NCBI GenBank assembly: GCA_043228905.1
Contig: JBHGNT010000002.1
Coordinates: 5,704,001-5,768,000 of the forward strand
Source: Azolla caroliniana
Lineage: Eukaryota; Plantae; Polypodiophyta
Length of the DNA stretch: 64,000 bases
Direction of reading: 5' to 3'
This document shows positions 11,901 through 23,934 of this stretch, piece by piece; position 1 is the first letter of the stretch, and the number at the start of each line of letters is the position of its first letter. Under the pieces are notes generated by a model. The model was not told where the DNA came from, made no database searches, and saw only the letters and a list, made by a program, of their open reading frames with translations. The translations under genes were made by a program, and so were the position numbers.

Positions 11901-13654
11901 TCGTGTGTTAAAAACTGACGTCAAGCTTGCTGGGCCTAATTCCTCACTCGTTTCGAATTCAAAATTACATATCGTCCCGGGAAGCAACAAGGGAAGGCAG
12001 ATGCATTATCACGGTGTTCATATCTACCACCGCGTCTCGACGAGCCGACTTTCGATAACCAAAAGCAAGTAATCTTGGGATTGGCACGACTGCAAGCAAC
12101 GCAGGTCTTCGGTATGCCCTTGGATTCCCACGTTATCAATACCATACGTGAGGACTTTAGGGCAGATGTTTTCGCTCAAGCCATTTTAGCATAAATTGAT
12201 CCCTCTCAAGCAACTTGTTCACAATCGCAACAAGCAGGTACGGACTATTGACAATTCAAATGTCATGATGGATTACTATTATCTAAGAAAATCTGGCATG
12301 TCCCTAATGGTACTTGTCGCCTTCAAGTAGTTCAAAACTGTTATGACACATGTACAACTGGACATTTTGGTAGTACTAAAACACTAGATTTAGTACAATG
12401 ATCCTTCTGGTGGCCCCATATGCGACAATTTGTCGAAGATTTTGTTCGAACTTGTGATACATGTTGCAAAGAAAAAATGCCAAGGCATCATCCATATGGT
12501 TTATTAGAACCATTACCAGTTCCAAGCAAGCCATGGCAACCCCTTGCCCTAGATTTCATCACAGATCTTCCGGTCTCTAAGGGATTTGATGCAATCTTAA
12601 CAGTAGTAGATCGATATACGAAGATGGCCCATTTCCTTCCATATACTAAGGAAATCTCCAGTGAAGAAACCGCCGAAATTGTCATGCGTGAAGTATGTCG
12701 GCATCATGGCCTTCCCGATAGTATCATCAGCAACCGTGGACCCCAGTTTGTCTCAAAGTTCTAGAAACACCTCTTTAAAATGCTTAAGGTCACTTGTAAC
12801 CTCTCCTCCGACTACCGCCCGCAAACAAATGGCCAAGCAGAATGAACAAATAAAACGCTAGAGCAGTATCTTCGGTGCTTTTTAAGTTATCATTAAGATG
12901 ACTGGGCGGATATTCTTCACTTCGCGGAATTTGCGTATAATAACTCTGTCCACTCATTGACAAAGGTGAAACCATTTTATGCTTACATGGGACGGGCTGT
13001 CACCCCCGGTGGTGTGTATTTGAAACCCTAGAGTTACCCATAAATTCGTTTGCAGAGGTTTGTTTGGAGCGGCGACGTAAGATACAAATGGATTTATCTC
13101 CTCATCTACAACAAGCTAAACAAACACACAAGGTTTACGCGGATCTTCATCGGCTTCCATCCAGTTTTGACATTGGAGATTGGGTGTGGCTACTACGACG
13201 ACACATCAAGACTACTCGCCCATGCGAGAATTTGGATTACCGGCGATTACATCCTTTCCGTATTATTAGAAAAATTAATGATGTCGCTTTTCGTCTCGAT
13301 CTACCTCCACAACTTCGGATACATCCGGTGTTTCATAGTTCTCTCCTCGAACCCTATCAACACAACACCATCCCAGGTCGTATTAAACAACCTCTACCCC
13401 CGATCGAGCTTGAAGATGGACCTGAGTATGAGGTTGCCACCATCCTCGATTCCAAGATTGTTCACAACAAGCTCTACTATTTAGTCTATTGGCTAGGATA
13501 TAGTTCCAACGAGTGTACTTGGGAACCAATAGAGAATGTGACCAATGCTTGTGCTCTTCTTGAAGACTTCCATCGTCAATATCCAGACAAACCGGGTCCT
13601 CAATCCAAAATGACTCGTGACACTCATCGTTTTAAAGGGGGAATAGTGTCATGA
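8939..13654 (+). pseudogene. Chromovirus gag-pol with C-terminal chromodomain, many stops and frameshifts
   Basis: Gag PMEID and CLYCSGPGH; protease LLDSGA; [23 protein letters not shown]; RNase H DASD..KELLA; integrase PWQPLALDFI; chromodomain EYEVATILDS..YYLVYWLGY..TWEP. Confidence 0.92.
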
Positions 13655-13936
13655 AATGGCAAGACTCGAACCCATGACCTTATGTTACATAGGTCAAGCT
13701 CTTGACCATTAGACTATATGTTGTAATATAAAGAATATTATTTTCAAGCTTTACTATAGAAAATTGATGTATATTCCAGATTTCTCTAGAACATTCTAGA
13801 AACTTTAGGAGTACTACTGAGAACACTATAAAAGGAGGCACAAGGCATTATTTCGAACCAAATCAGTTCAACGCCAGTCTTAAGCCTCCTAGCTACTATT
13901 GTTATTCCCTTAACATAATATATATCTTTTGTTATC

Positions 13937-13975
<39 letters not shown>

Positions 13976-16243
13976 TCTCTTGAGAGTTCTACACCTCCCT
14001 TAGTACTAATCCTCATCTTTTAGTACTTATTCCTTCTCTATTTTAGTATTGTTCCTGACAGTACTTCTCTGCCTTAGTACTGCTCTTGAAATCGGCAACA
14101 TTGATGCCAACCACTGTCTTTCCTCTTGATTGAACAGTAGTCAGAAACATTGTGGCCAACTTTTCTGCAGTGTGTGCAGAAATTCGCCTGATTGACCTGT
14201 TCTAGACTTGGACCGTTCCCCCACGTTTTCTTGATTGAACAGTAGTCAGAAACATTGTTCTCTTGATTGACTAAATCTATTGATCGGCTCGGTCGAGTGG
14301 TGGGATTTTGCCGACTCGTCGATGGTGAGTCCCATCGATTTTCGCTGAATGTCCTCGGTGAGGACTTGGCCGATCATCTCATCAAGATTTAGGATCGGTC
14401 GACTCTTGGCATATGTCGTGCAAAATACCTCCCAACTCGCCGACAAGCTCGATATGAGGGCAAGGGCTTTCACTTCTTCTTCGAAGTTGATCCCTTGTGA
14501 GGAGAGTTCTGACAACACCCTGCTGAAGGTGTTGATGTGGGAGGTAGCCGGATTAGTTTCTTTCATCTTCATGTTGAACAGTTGTTTGATCAAAATCAGT
14601 TTTGAAGATGAGGACTTTTTCTCGTACACGGCTTGTAGCTTCTCCCACAACGAGAACATTGTCGTCCCTTTTGCCATGCTGAAGTAGATGTTTTCGGCTA
14701 GGTGCATTTGAATGGTGGAGCATGGGATTTCGTCCATTGATCTCCACTCATCGGTCTGTGTTGAATGGCTTCAACTTGTCTTCAAATAATGAATACATCC
14801 TGCATCATCTCCTTCCATAGGGAAAAGTTTTTGTCGTTGAATTTTCGGATCTCAACTCCTGTACTGGATGTTGATGCCATGATTCTTTTGGGAAGTGAGA
14901 TTTACTAACCTGGTCTTTTCCTTCCAGCCTTTTCTGTTGTCTGTTGCTACCGAGCAACAAGTCGCTCTGATACCAATTGATGAACCAGATGTTCACGAAA
15001 ACTTATGAGGACCTGTCTTTTCGTACTCAAAAAACAACATAGAAGAGAGGACAAGAGTATGCATAATTCGAAGCTTTAATGGAAACTCTTTTACATTCTC
15101 TCTCACAGACTCGTTATTCATGGTGATCAAGAGATTCTCTTTACAATGTTAGGTTATTGCTTATATACAAAGCCCTAACTATTGAGATGAATTCACACTA
15201 GGATACAAGGTGGAAGGAGTCGGCCTTTTATGCCAACAAAAAACAGAGAACAAGGAGGATGGATGTCGCCTAGTCGACATAATTCGGATAAGCCTAGAAA
15301 GAGCCAAAGACCCCGCACGAGATCGGAGAGCCGCTGTGTAGAAGAGGGTGAGTTCGAGAGTCCGGAATTTACTGACCAGAGCTAGCAAGAAGTAGAAGGG
15401 GAACTAAGCGAAGTTCCCAAGCTCGATTTCAATAGTTCAGAGATTAACAAACAAGTCTTGCAGGAAGCTAAACAGGAATCCAGAGAAATTCCTGGCTTAG
15501 TGATGGATAGTAGTTTGGATGATGAGTAGTTCTACTAGCACCAAGAGCATATAATGTCGTATCCAGATCCCAAGTATCATGATGAGGCCGATGCGGAAGT
15601 GCATATACGTGCTTTCCTTACGACATGGCAGGCCAGCCACATATCCCAGAGATTGTCGGAAACTGATGCTGACAAGTCCAAAATTGCATAGTTTGGATTG
15701 TTCCTAGAGAGGCAATCGGCAAATTGGTACTCCCAGCATGAGGCCGGTGAGTTTGAATCCTTTAAAATGTTAACTACTAAATTTATTTGACTCTTTCATT
15801 AACAAGTTCCTCAACGGGAACTTATGATTCAATTCTATGCTATATCCCAAGAAGCCCATGAAATTGTTCCACAATGCATTATTCAGTTTCAAAATCTGAG
15901 GAGGTAGTTAGGAAGACAACCTCCGGAAGAAGATGTCAAGGAAACTTTTCTGTCAGCATTAAGAGAGCCACTTCGGACAACCCTAGTGGTGTTTGACTTC
16001 AAAGAACAATCATTGGAGCAAGTGATTGATAAAGCCTTACTCATGGATAAAATGCAGACAAGTAATTGCATGTCCATGATGTCATTATAGAAATCCTTAC
16101 CAACAATAGAGGAATTAAGATTCCACCAAACCATTCAATGCACCACGTGTTTGAATCCACGACATTCTACTGTCGAATGCACTCTGGTAATGCATTGTCC
16201 GATTTGCCAGTCAAAGGCACATACTATAGATCAATGTGAGTAT

Positions 16244-19200
16244 TGATAACACTCAATAGAGCAGAAAATTCAAGAGATAATATGCTCTTAATCGAAATAC
16301 ACAGATAGTGAAGGATGAAGGGATGAACAAGAGGAATAGAGAGGTGGATGACAAAGGGGGTTCAACTCTTGCTAGGTGGGGATTACAAGGGGAGAGAGAG
16401 CTGAATCTCTGCAACACAGAAAAGCAACAGAGAAAAGGGGGAAAACCACACACAGAGAGCACGGAGACACTCGCTCTCTCACACACACCAAAACTCACTC
16501 TCTCTCACTCCCCACACAACTAAGTGAAAGACCAGTTTTGGCCTTTTCACACTTACATGCATCGGGGATACATGTATAACAATCTCCCACTAAAAGGCCT
16601 AAACTAGGAGTACAAATAATGGAAGGTTGACTTCTACACGACTTAGACCTATACCTCCCACCTGATGGGCATGTTACACAATGTACATGACAAGTGTGTA
16701 ACGTAAGGTACTAAGTAATGCCCATCAAGTAACAACAATGCTCCAATGCATCTTGTGGTAAGGCCTTAGTCAATGCATCTGCAGCATTTTCGCGAGAAAC
16801 AACCTTCTCAAGGCTAATACAACTATTAGCTATGCATTCCCGAATAAAATGGTATCGCACTCCAATATGTTTAGTCTTCGCATGATATACTGGATTCTTC
16901 GCCAAAGCAATGGCACTTTGATTATCACAAAACAGTTTGGGTACATGTTGCGGTATACCCATGTCGCTAGCTAAACGAGACAGCCAAACCGCTTCCTTAC
17001 ATGCCTCACTGGCTGCAACATACTCAACCTCTGTTGTTGACAATGCGACACAATCTTGAAGACGAGATCTCCAAGCAATAACACCTCCCATAATCTGAAA
17101 TATGTACCCTGAAGTAGATTTCCTACTATCAGCGCATCCGGCATAATCTGAATCTGTATATCCAATGATATAGGCATCCCCTTTGCCCAAACAAAGGCAC
17201 TTATCCTTAGTGCCACTCAAATATCTTAGTATCAACTTGACTGCATCCCAGTGTTTCTTACCAGGGTTTGACATGAATCGACTTACGGCTCCCACTGCAA
17301 ATGCAATGTCTGGTCTAGTAGCCACCATGGCATACATAAGACTCCCAACTGCTGATTGATAAGGAACCTTGGACATGAACTCCTTGTCCTCATCAGATGT
17401 GGGGCAATCACATGTACTCAGTTTTACATATGTAGGCAATGGAGTGCTCAATGGCTTCGCACTCTCCATATTAAACCTCTTGAGCACTTTCGATATGTAC
17501 TCAGCCTGAGACAAGTAGATGCATCGCTTACTCCTATCACGAGTAATACGCATACCAAGAATATGTTTTGCATCTCCCAAATCCTTCATGTCAAAATTCT
17601 GGCCCAAATTTTTCTTCAACAAGGATAACTCACCCTTGTTTTTACCAACTATAAGCATGTCATCAACATATAGTATCAATGTGATAAAACTCCCATCTGA
17701 ACATGTTTTTGTGTAAAGACATGCATCCTCATTGCTTCTAGTATATCCTTGAGTCTTCATAAAGGCATCAAACTTTTGGTACCACAGTCTAGGGGACTGC
17801 TTAAGCCCATACAAACTCTTCTTGAGTTTACATACCAAATGTTCTTTTCCAAAGACTTCATGTCCTTCCGGTTGTTCCATATAAATATCCTCATCAAGAT
17901 CCCCATGTAAAAAGGCAGTCTTCACATCCATTTGGACTAATTCCAAATTCTGATTTGCAGCCAATGAAAGCAACATACGCAATGTAGTCATCTTAACTAC
18001 AGGAGAAAAGGTTTCACCAAAATCAATTCCATGTTCTTGCTTGAAACCTTTGGCAACCAAGCGTGCTTTATACTTTGGGGAAGCATTATCAGATGTATAC
18101 TTATACTTGTATACCCATTTGCATGGCAATGGTTTCCTGTCCTTCGGCAAAGGTACTAAATCCCAAGTACCATTTTTATAAATGCTGTCCAATTCATTTT
18201 TCATGGCACACTCCCACTTAGCATGATCATTGGCCAAGATAGCTTCCTTATAACAAGAGGGTTCACCACCATCTGTTAACATCACATAGTCCATGAGCTT
18301 AGTAGGTGGCCTAGAGACACGAGTAGATCGTCTCATTGGTTGCTGAACCAGAGTCGGACTATTTTCAGATTGTACAAATGCATCCTCATTTTGAACATCC
18401 TCATATGGCTGAACATTTATAGGATTGTTCATCATAGGTGCGGGGTTATCCTTTTGCACACTAATAGAGGGTGTAACATCTTGAAATGTCACTTTCCTAA
18501 CTTCCACTTCTTTAATTGGCTGTTTATGCATAATCTTTTCGTTGAAAACGACGTCACTACTTCTCACTATAGTGCGCGTTTCAGGATCCCACAAACGATA
18601 TCCAAATTGACCATCTACGCCATAGCCAAGGAAAATACATTTCCTGCTCTTAAAATCTAGTTTTTGCCTTAATTGTTTTGGAACATGAACATACGCTTCA
18701 CATCCAAATACCCTAAGATGATCATAGTTTGGGTTTTTTCCTGTCCACAACTCTTGCGCTACTTTCAAGCCCTTGGCAGTACTAGGTGATAGATTTATCA
18801 CATGGATTGCTGTCCGAACTGCTTCAACCCAAAAACCTTGCGGCAAATTTGCATGATGCAACATAGAAACAACCCTGTCCTGGATGGTTCTATTCATCCT
18901 TTCTGCCACACCATTTTGTACGGGAGTGTAAGGGGCAGTAAAATCTCTACGTATGCCTCTAGACTCACAAAAATCTCTGAACTCATGAGAGGTATACTCA
19001 CCTCCATTATCAGATCGTAAAGCCTTAAGCTTTATACCCTTTTCAGTCTCAACCGAGGCAAGCCATTTTCTGAAAATAGAGTATACATCGCCCTTTTGTT
19101 TTATGGGATACACCCAAACCTTTCTTGTGGCATCATCAATAAATGTAACAAAGTACAAAGCTCCACCCAATGATCTTGTGGGCATAGGGCCACATACATC

Positions 19201-21844
19201 TGTATGAACTAGATCCAAGGGTTGAGTAGAAGAATCAGAATTAATATTCTGATGCACACTTCTAGTTTGTTTACCATATTGACAATGCTCACAAACTGAA
19301 AAATTTGCAAATGATAGCATAGGTAAATAGCCAAAACGTGATAACGTTTCCATTCCAGTGCGAGACATGTGACCTAAACGCCCATGCCAAATACAAGTCA
19401 TAGGCTGTTCTGTGACTGTCAAAAGATGGTCCTTTTGATGGACAACTAAAGGATAAAGGGAGCCAACTTTGTTCCCTTTGGCAATAACCATATTTCCTTT
19501 CGTAATACGAAAGGACTGAGCAGAAAAAATCACTTTGAAACCAATGCTATCAAGCTGTCCAACAGACAATAAGCTACGAGTTAGCTCAGGCACATGGCGT
19601 ACATTTTGTATGGTAAATTGAGAGCCATCAGAAAATTGTACCATGACATCTCCGATGCCAATCACATCACACTGATGTGAATCTCCAAGCCGTACTGTAC
19701 CAAGTGATTTAGCTTCGTATCGTGTGAACCACTCTCTATGTGGAGTCACATGGAATGAAGCACCAGAGTCTAACAACCATGTATGAGAAAGCACATGAGC
19801 GATATTAGCCTCAGCATAGGTAGCATCATCATCCATGACCAAGATGTCACCACCATCTTCGCATGCAACATTTATTTCCTCTATCTTCAACGAAGATGTT
19901 GAACCAGCCAACTGTTTAACATGCCCATCACCGTGAGTTTTACCCTTTTCCTTCTCTTTGTTCTTCAAGGCATAACAGTCTTTCTTAATGTGACCCTTCT
20001 TGTGGCAATAATGGCATTCCACAAGTCTCTTCCTAGACTTACTTCTACTCTTGTCATGATTTCCATGACTATTTCTGCCTTGGCTTCTTCCACGTTGTTG
20101 GTTTTTACCATAACCAGAGTCTCGAACGTTATATGCATCTCCAACTTGTGAGGAAACCATAGATTTCCTACGTATTTCTTCCCCCAATAATGCTCCACTT
20201 ATATCATTATACACCAAATTTCTGTTTGGTGCACTAGCGCTAATAGCGGTACAAAATGTATCCCATGAGCTAGGCAATGTGCATAACAAAAATACAGCTT
20301 TCAGCTCATCATCCATGGTCATTTTCTGAGCTTGCAATTGCGACCATAATGCATCAAACTGATTTAAATGAGACGCAATACTATCCGTATCCTTCATACG
20401 AAGGTCATATATCTTTCTCATCAAATACACCTTGTTTGCTGCAGTCTCCTTCTCATAGGTGTTGCATAGCTTTTTCCAAAGTTCTTCGGAGTTTTGGCTG
20501 TCTAAAACAGTAAAGTACACACTATCCGCCAAGTGCAATCTTATGGTGGACATGGTCAAGGCATCAAGCTCCTCCCAATCATCATCATCCATGTCATTCG
20601 GTTTCTTGGCTTTCCCGCCTAGAGGCCTGGTTTGCTTTCTTTGAACCAATACATCACGCATCTGATTCTTCCACAAAGCAAAATTAGATCCATCGAATTT
20701 CCGGATCTCAATATGATCTTTTCCTAGAAAAGAATAGTTCTTACGAGCAACATAACTGCTACTAGATACATCCAACATATCAGACTCCATGGGAGTGAGC
20801 GACAATGTCAAGCAATGATTGGGCAACCCAAAAAAAAAAAAAAAAAAAAAACTAGTAACCAACTAGTTTATAGCAAACTGTGAAACAATTTGATACCCAA
20901 ATTTTTCCGTGCAACACGCACCAATGAAAGCATACAACTTCCAAGATCTCAGATGTGAACTGTCAAAGAGGGCTGATGCCACTCTTGCATAAAATAAGCA
21001 CCACTTCAAGACATATAATTTTCAAACTGTCAACAATATTGGCTAACATACATCTTCCAATCACAAATGGTAAGCAACCGCTATGTTATACATTTACGTT
21101 GACCCCAAATTTCTCTTCCAAATGTAGCAACGGCATTTAGTCACATACATCTGCGGAACCACAAACTGTAGGCATCGGCTTTTCTATGCATTCACATTAA
21201 CCCCCAAATCTCTCTTGAAATTGTGGCAAATGTGGCAAGGGTATCTCCCACCACAACTTATTTCCACCCAAACGAATTTCGAATATGACGGACGATAAGA
21301 GGGTTTAACAAAGGGAAATACCTGTGAATAGCATGTCCCTTTCTTCAATGTCGAAGATGCCCAACAATAGATAGACGCTTCAGCCGAGCCGGATACTCCA
21401 ATGCTTGCCACACGAATCTCCTACGCCGCTACGAATCTCCGGCGACGCTATGAATCTCCTACGCCTCTATGAGCTTCTCTCACTATCTCTCTCAAGCTCT
21501 GATACCATTGATAACACTCAATAGAGCAGAAAATTCAAGAGATAATATGCTCTTAATCGAAATACACAGATAGTGAAGGATGAAGGGATGAACAAGAGAA
21601 ATAGAGAGGTGGATGACAAAGGGGGTTCAACTCTTGCTAGGTGGGGATTACAAGGGGAGAGAGAGCTGAATCTCTGCAACACAGAAAAGCAACAGAGAAA
21701 AGGGGGAAAACCACACAGAGAGCACGGAGACACTCGCTCTCTCACACACACCAAAACTCACTCTCTCTCACTCCCCACACAACTAAGTGAAAGACCAGTT
21801 TTGGCCTTTTCACACTTACATGCATCGGGGATACATGTATAACA
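16244..21844 (-). mobile_element. Intact, very young Ty1/copia element B
   Basis: LTRs 21509-21844 and 16244-16581 are near-identical (1 substitution and a 2-bp CA indel seen); TSD AGTAT; PBS TGGTATCAGAGC at 21496-21507; PPT AGTGGGAGAT. Confidence 0.97.
16711..20790 (-). CDS. Copia gag-pol polyprotein, uninterrupted
   Basis: Single ORF, likely starting MESDMLDV at 20790: CHYCHKKGHIKKDC, WLLDSGAS, integrase [35 protein letters not shown], RNase H TDSD..KHIGVRYHF. Confidence 0.96.
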   Translation of the reverse strand: MESDMLDVSSSSYVARKNYSFLGKDHIEIRKFDGSNFALWKNQMRDVLVQRKQTRPLGGKAKKPNDMDDDDWEELDALTMSTIRLHLADSVYFTVLDSQNSEELWKKLCNTYEKETAANKVYLMRKIYDLRMKDTDSIASHLNQFDALWSQLQAQKMTMDDELKAVFLLCTLPSSWDTFCTAISASAPNRNLVYNDISGALLGEEIRRKSMVSSQVGDAYNVRDSGYGKNQQRGRSQGRNSHGNHDKSRSKSRKRLVECHYCHKKGHIKKDCYALKNKEKEKGKTHGDGHVKQLAGSTSSLKIEEINVACEDGGDILVMDDDATYAEANIAHVLSHTWLLDSGASFHVTPHREWFTRYEAKSLGTVRLGDSHQCDVIGIGDVMVQFSDGSQFTIQNVRHVPELTRSLLSVGQLDSIGFKVIFSAQSFRITKGNMVIAKGNKVGSLYPLVVHQKDHLLTVTEQPMTCIWHGRLGHMSRTGMETLSRFGYLPMLSFANFSVCEHCQYGKQTRSVHQNINSDSSTQPLDLVHTDVCGPMPTRSLGGALYFVTFIDDATRKVWVYPIKQKGDVYSIFRKWLASVETEKGIKLKALRSDNGGEYTSHEFRDFCESRGIRRDFTAPYTPVQNGVAERMNRTIQDRVVSMLHHANLPQGFWVEAVRTAIHVINLSPSTAKGLKVAQELWTGKNPNYDHLRVFGCEAYVHVPKQLRQKLDFKSRKCIFLGYGVDGQFGYRLWDPETRTIVRSSDVVFNEKIMHKQPIKEVEVRKVTFQDVTPSISVQKDNPAPMMNNPINVQPYEDVQNEDAFVQSENSPTLVQQPMRRSTRVSRPPTKLMDYVMLTDGGEPSCYKEAILANDHAKWECAMKNELDSIYKNGTWDLVPLPKDRKPLPCKWVYKYKYTSDNASPKYKARLVAKGFKQEHGIDFGETFSPVVKMTTLRMLLSLAANQNLELVQMDVKTAFLHGDLDEDIYMEQPEGHEVFGKEHLVCKLKKSLYGLKQSPRLWYQKFDAFMKTQGYTRSNEDACLYTKTCSDGSFITLILYVDDMLIVGKNKGELSLLKKNLGQNFDMKDLGDAKHILGMRITRDRSKRCIYLSQAEYISKVLKRFNMESAKPLSTPLPTYVKLSTCDCPTSDEDKEFMSKVPYQSAVGSLMYAMVATRPDIAFAVGAVSRFMSNPGKKHWDAVKLILRYLSGTKDKCLCLGKGDAYIIGYTDSDYAGCADSRKSTSGYIFQIMGGVIAWRSRLQDCVALSTTEVEYVAASEACKEAVWLSRLASDMGIPQHVPKLFCDNQSAIALAKNPVYHAKTKHIGVRYHFIRECIANSCISLEKVVSRENAADALTKALPQDALEHCCYLMGIT

Positions 21845-23252
21845 AGTATAATCTACTAAATAAAGCAACAACTTTGGTAAGGAGAATAGAGACACAAGAT
21901 GATGGTCAAGAAGATAGGAATCAGAACCAATTCTGAGATGAGGATAGACCACACTATGATGATCGGTATAGGTCAGACAAAAATCGACGCGATGATTATC
22001 GGAGAGATGATCGATATGATGATTACAGACGAGATGAAGACTGTCGAAATGATTATCATTGGGATAATTGTAACCGTGATTATTCACCAAGGGATGATCA
22101 GAGGCCATACAAAGGTGACATATACAATGATGATCGATGAAGGAATGATGATAATCGTCAATACAATGAGGATCGAAGGGATGATAATAGAAGACCCAAA
22201 GGATCTAGACAATTCCAACATAATTCAAAGGGTTGAGACAATGCAGAATCTCAGGATATTCAGCAGAAAACGTATGAAACGGGAGAAGCTAGTGGATAGA
22301 AGGTGCCAAATTGCTATACTTGCAGGCAAGTTGCCCACTATGCAAATCAGTGTCCGACGAAGGACAAAGGGAAAGTCCTAGTAGTTATTAACCTGGTCAC
22401 GATTGAAGTGCAACAAGTCACCACCCGTAGTAAGACCAAACAATTGGAATGGGATATCCAAGAAGAAGTTTTGAAAGTAGCAAAGGAAAGGGTAGAGGAA
22501 GCCAATGATAACAATGTTGCTAGAATGATGCAAGAAAGTGCAGGACCGAGTGTCACATCCGAATATTCAACAATCAACAGGCCGATAAATACACAGATAC
22601 AAATGACGAAGATCACGAAGTTTGGCGGGCCTTGGACGATTCAAAATTTTCCCTCTCGTTGTCCGCATTACTGAAAATAGTGCGCCATTTTACGGACAAG
22701 GTGGCTCAGATTACTGCCAAGAACAAAATAGTAGTAGTGAATTTTACGAATCTGACACAAGGACCGACAGTAATGGATGAGCATAGTCCAAGTGTTAAGG
22801 TCGTTATCAAAGGCCAAGAACTGCCAGGGAGTATAGTTGATGGTGGTTTAGGCATAAATGTCATCAACTAGCTAACCTGTGACCGACTCGGCATAAAATG
22901 GGAAACCTGTCCATTCTGGTTAAGAATGGGCCAGGCAGATACAAGCACAGTTCGACCATTAGGTTTAGTTCGACAATTAGATGGTTGACACACATTCCAA
23001 ATATCAACAATAGTGTTAAAATTAGAGGTAGATAGGGCTTATCCTTTACTGTTGGGTCGACCATGGCTATGCACGGCTAATATTAAACAGAATTGGTGGA
23101 AAAATACTCTCACATTCTGAAAAGGCACAACCAAGATCAGAGTTTCGACCCAAGAGAAGGTAGTAACAAGATGGGATTGTATGCCATTATGTGTTGGGAT
23201 TACGGTCCCTTCGGATGGGATGGTCAGATGTCCGGGAATCGGGATTGAACAC

Positions 23253-23445
23253 CCCGGCTACGGAGCCGGATGATGAAGACCCGGCTGCGGAGCCGGATGA
23301 TGAAGACCCGGCTGCGGAGCCGGATGATGAAGACCCGACTGCGGAGCCGGATGATGAAGACCCGGCTACGGAGCCGGATGATGAAGACCCGGCTACGGAG
23401 CCGGATGATGAAGACCCGACTACGGAGCCGGATGATGAAGACCCC
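23253..23445 (+). repeat. 7 x 27-bp tandem array in U3 of the element C 5' LTR
   Basis: Unit CCCGGCTACGGAGCCGGATGATGAAGA; a second array lies in the 3' LTR at ~28080-28272. Confidence 0.95.
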
Positions 23446-23934
23446 GGAGAGAGATCCGGATGCGGGGACATATTTGTGAATATGTTTGCCAAGGGATCTC
23501 TAGGCTACATTTGTAAATAGCCCGAAAGTCATATGTTGTATAAATATGACTTAGGGCAAACAGTTTTTTGTTGTTGCTCATTTTATGTTTTAGCCGAGAG
23601 AGCGAAGTGAGAGCAGCTGAGAGAGAGAGCGAGAGAAAGGAAGAGGTCGACGCCTCTGTGTATTGCCGCCGCCTGTGGCGAAGACAGTGAGCTCAAGGTT
23701 GTTGCCTTGTAGCTTCACCAGTGTACATCTCTGTGTATAGTGATAGTTGGAGTTTGAGGACTCCCGTGGTTTTTTCCCATTTAGGGTTTTCCACGTAAAA
23801 CATCCTGTGTACTCTTCTCTCTATTGTCTTCGAGCATTTTGTATTTCCTGTTTTCTGTGAGTTGATCCTATTCCTCGGTTGTGGCCGAGCGCCGTTTTCA
23901 ATAAACTGGTATCAGAGCTCGGTTAACACAGAAA

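Larger units (their letters stand above)
8391..14091 (+). mobile_element. Full-length but decayed Ty3/gypsy chromovirus (Tcn1-like)
   Basis: LTRs 8391-8838 and 13647-14091; TSD TCGGC (8386-8390, 14092-14096); PPT AAAGGGGGAATAG at 13634-13646; domain order gag-PR-RT-RH-IN-chromodomain. Confidence 0.93.
7730..15238 (-). mobile_element. Truncated Ty1/copia element A, interrupted by the chromovirus
   Basis: LTR ~14978-15238; PBS TGGTATCAGAGC (tRNA-iMet) at 14964-14975; gag 14246-14737; protease and GAG-pre-integrase (LWHGRLGHMS..CKHC) at 7748-8390. Ends at the start of integrase. Confidence 0.85.

Noticed and set aside
21899-22381. 160-aa Met/Ile-rich ORF
   Set aside because: It is an off-frame reading of the D/R-rich low-complexity gag linker of the host gypsy.
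23187-23520. EPDDEDP / GSSSSG repeat proteins (also 27849-28347)
   Set aside because: They are translations of the 27-bp LTR array, open in several frames, with no coding evidence.
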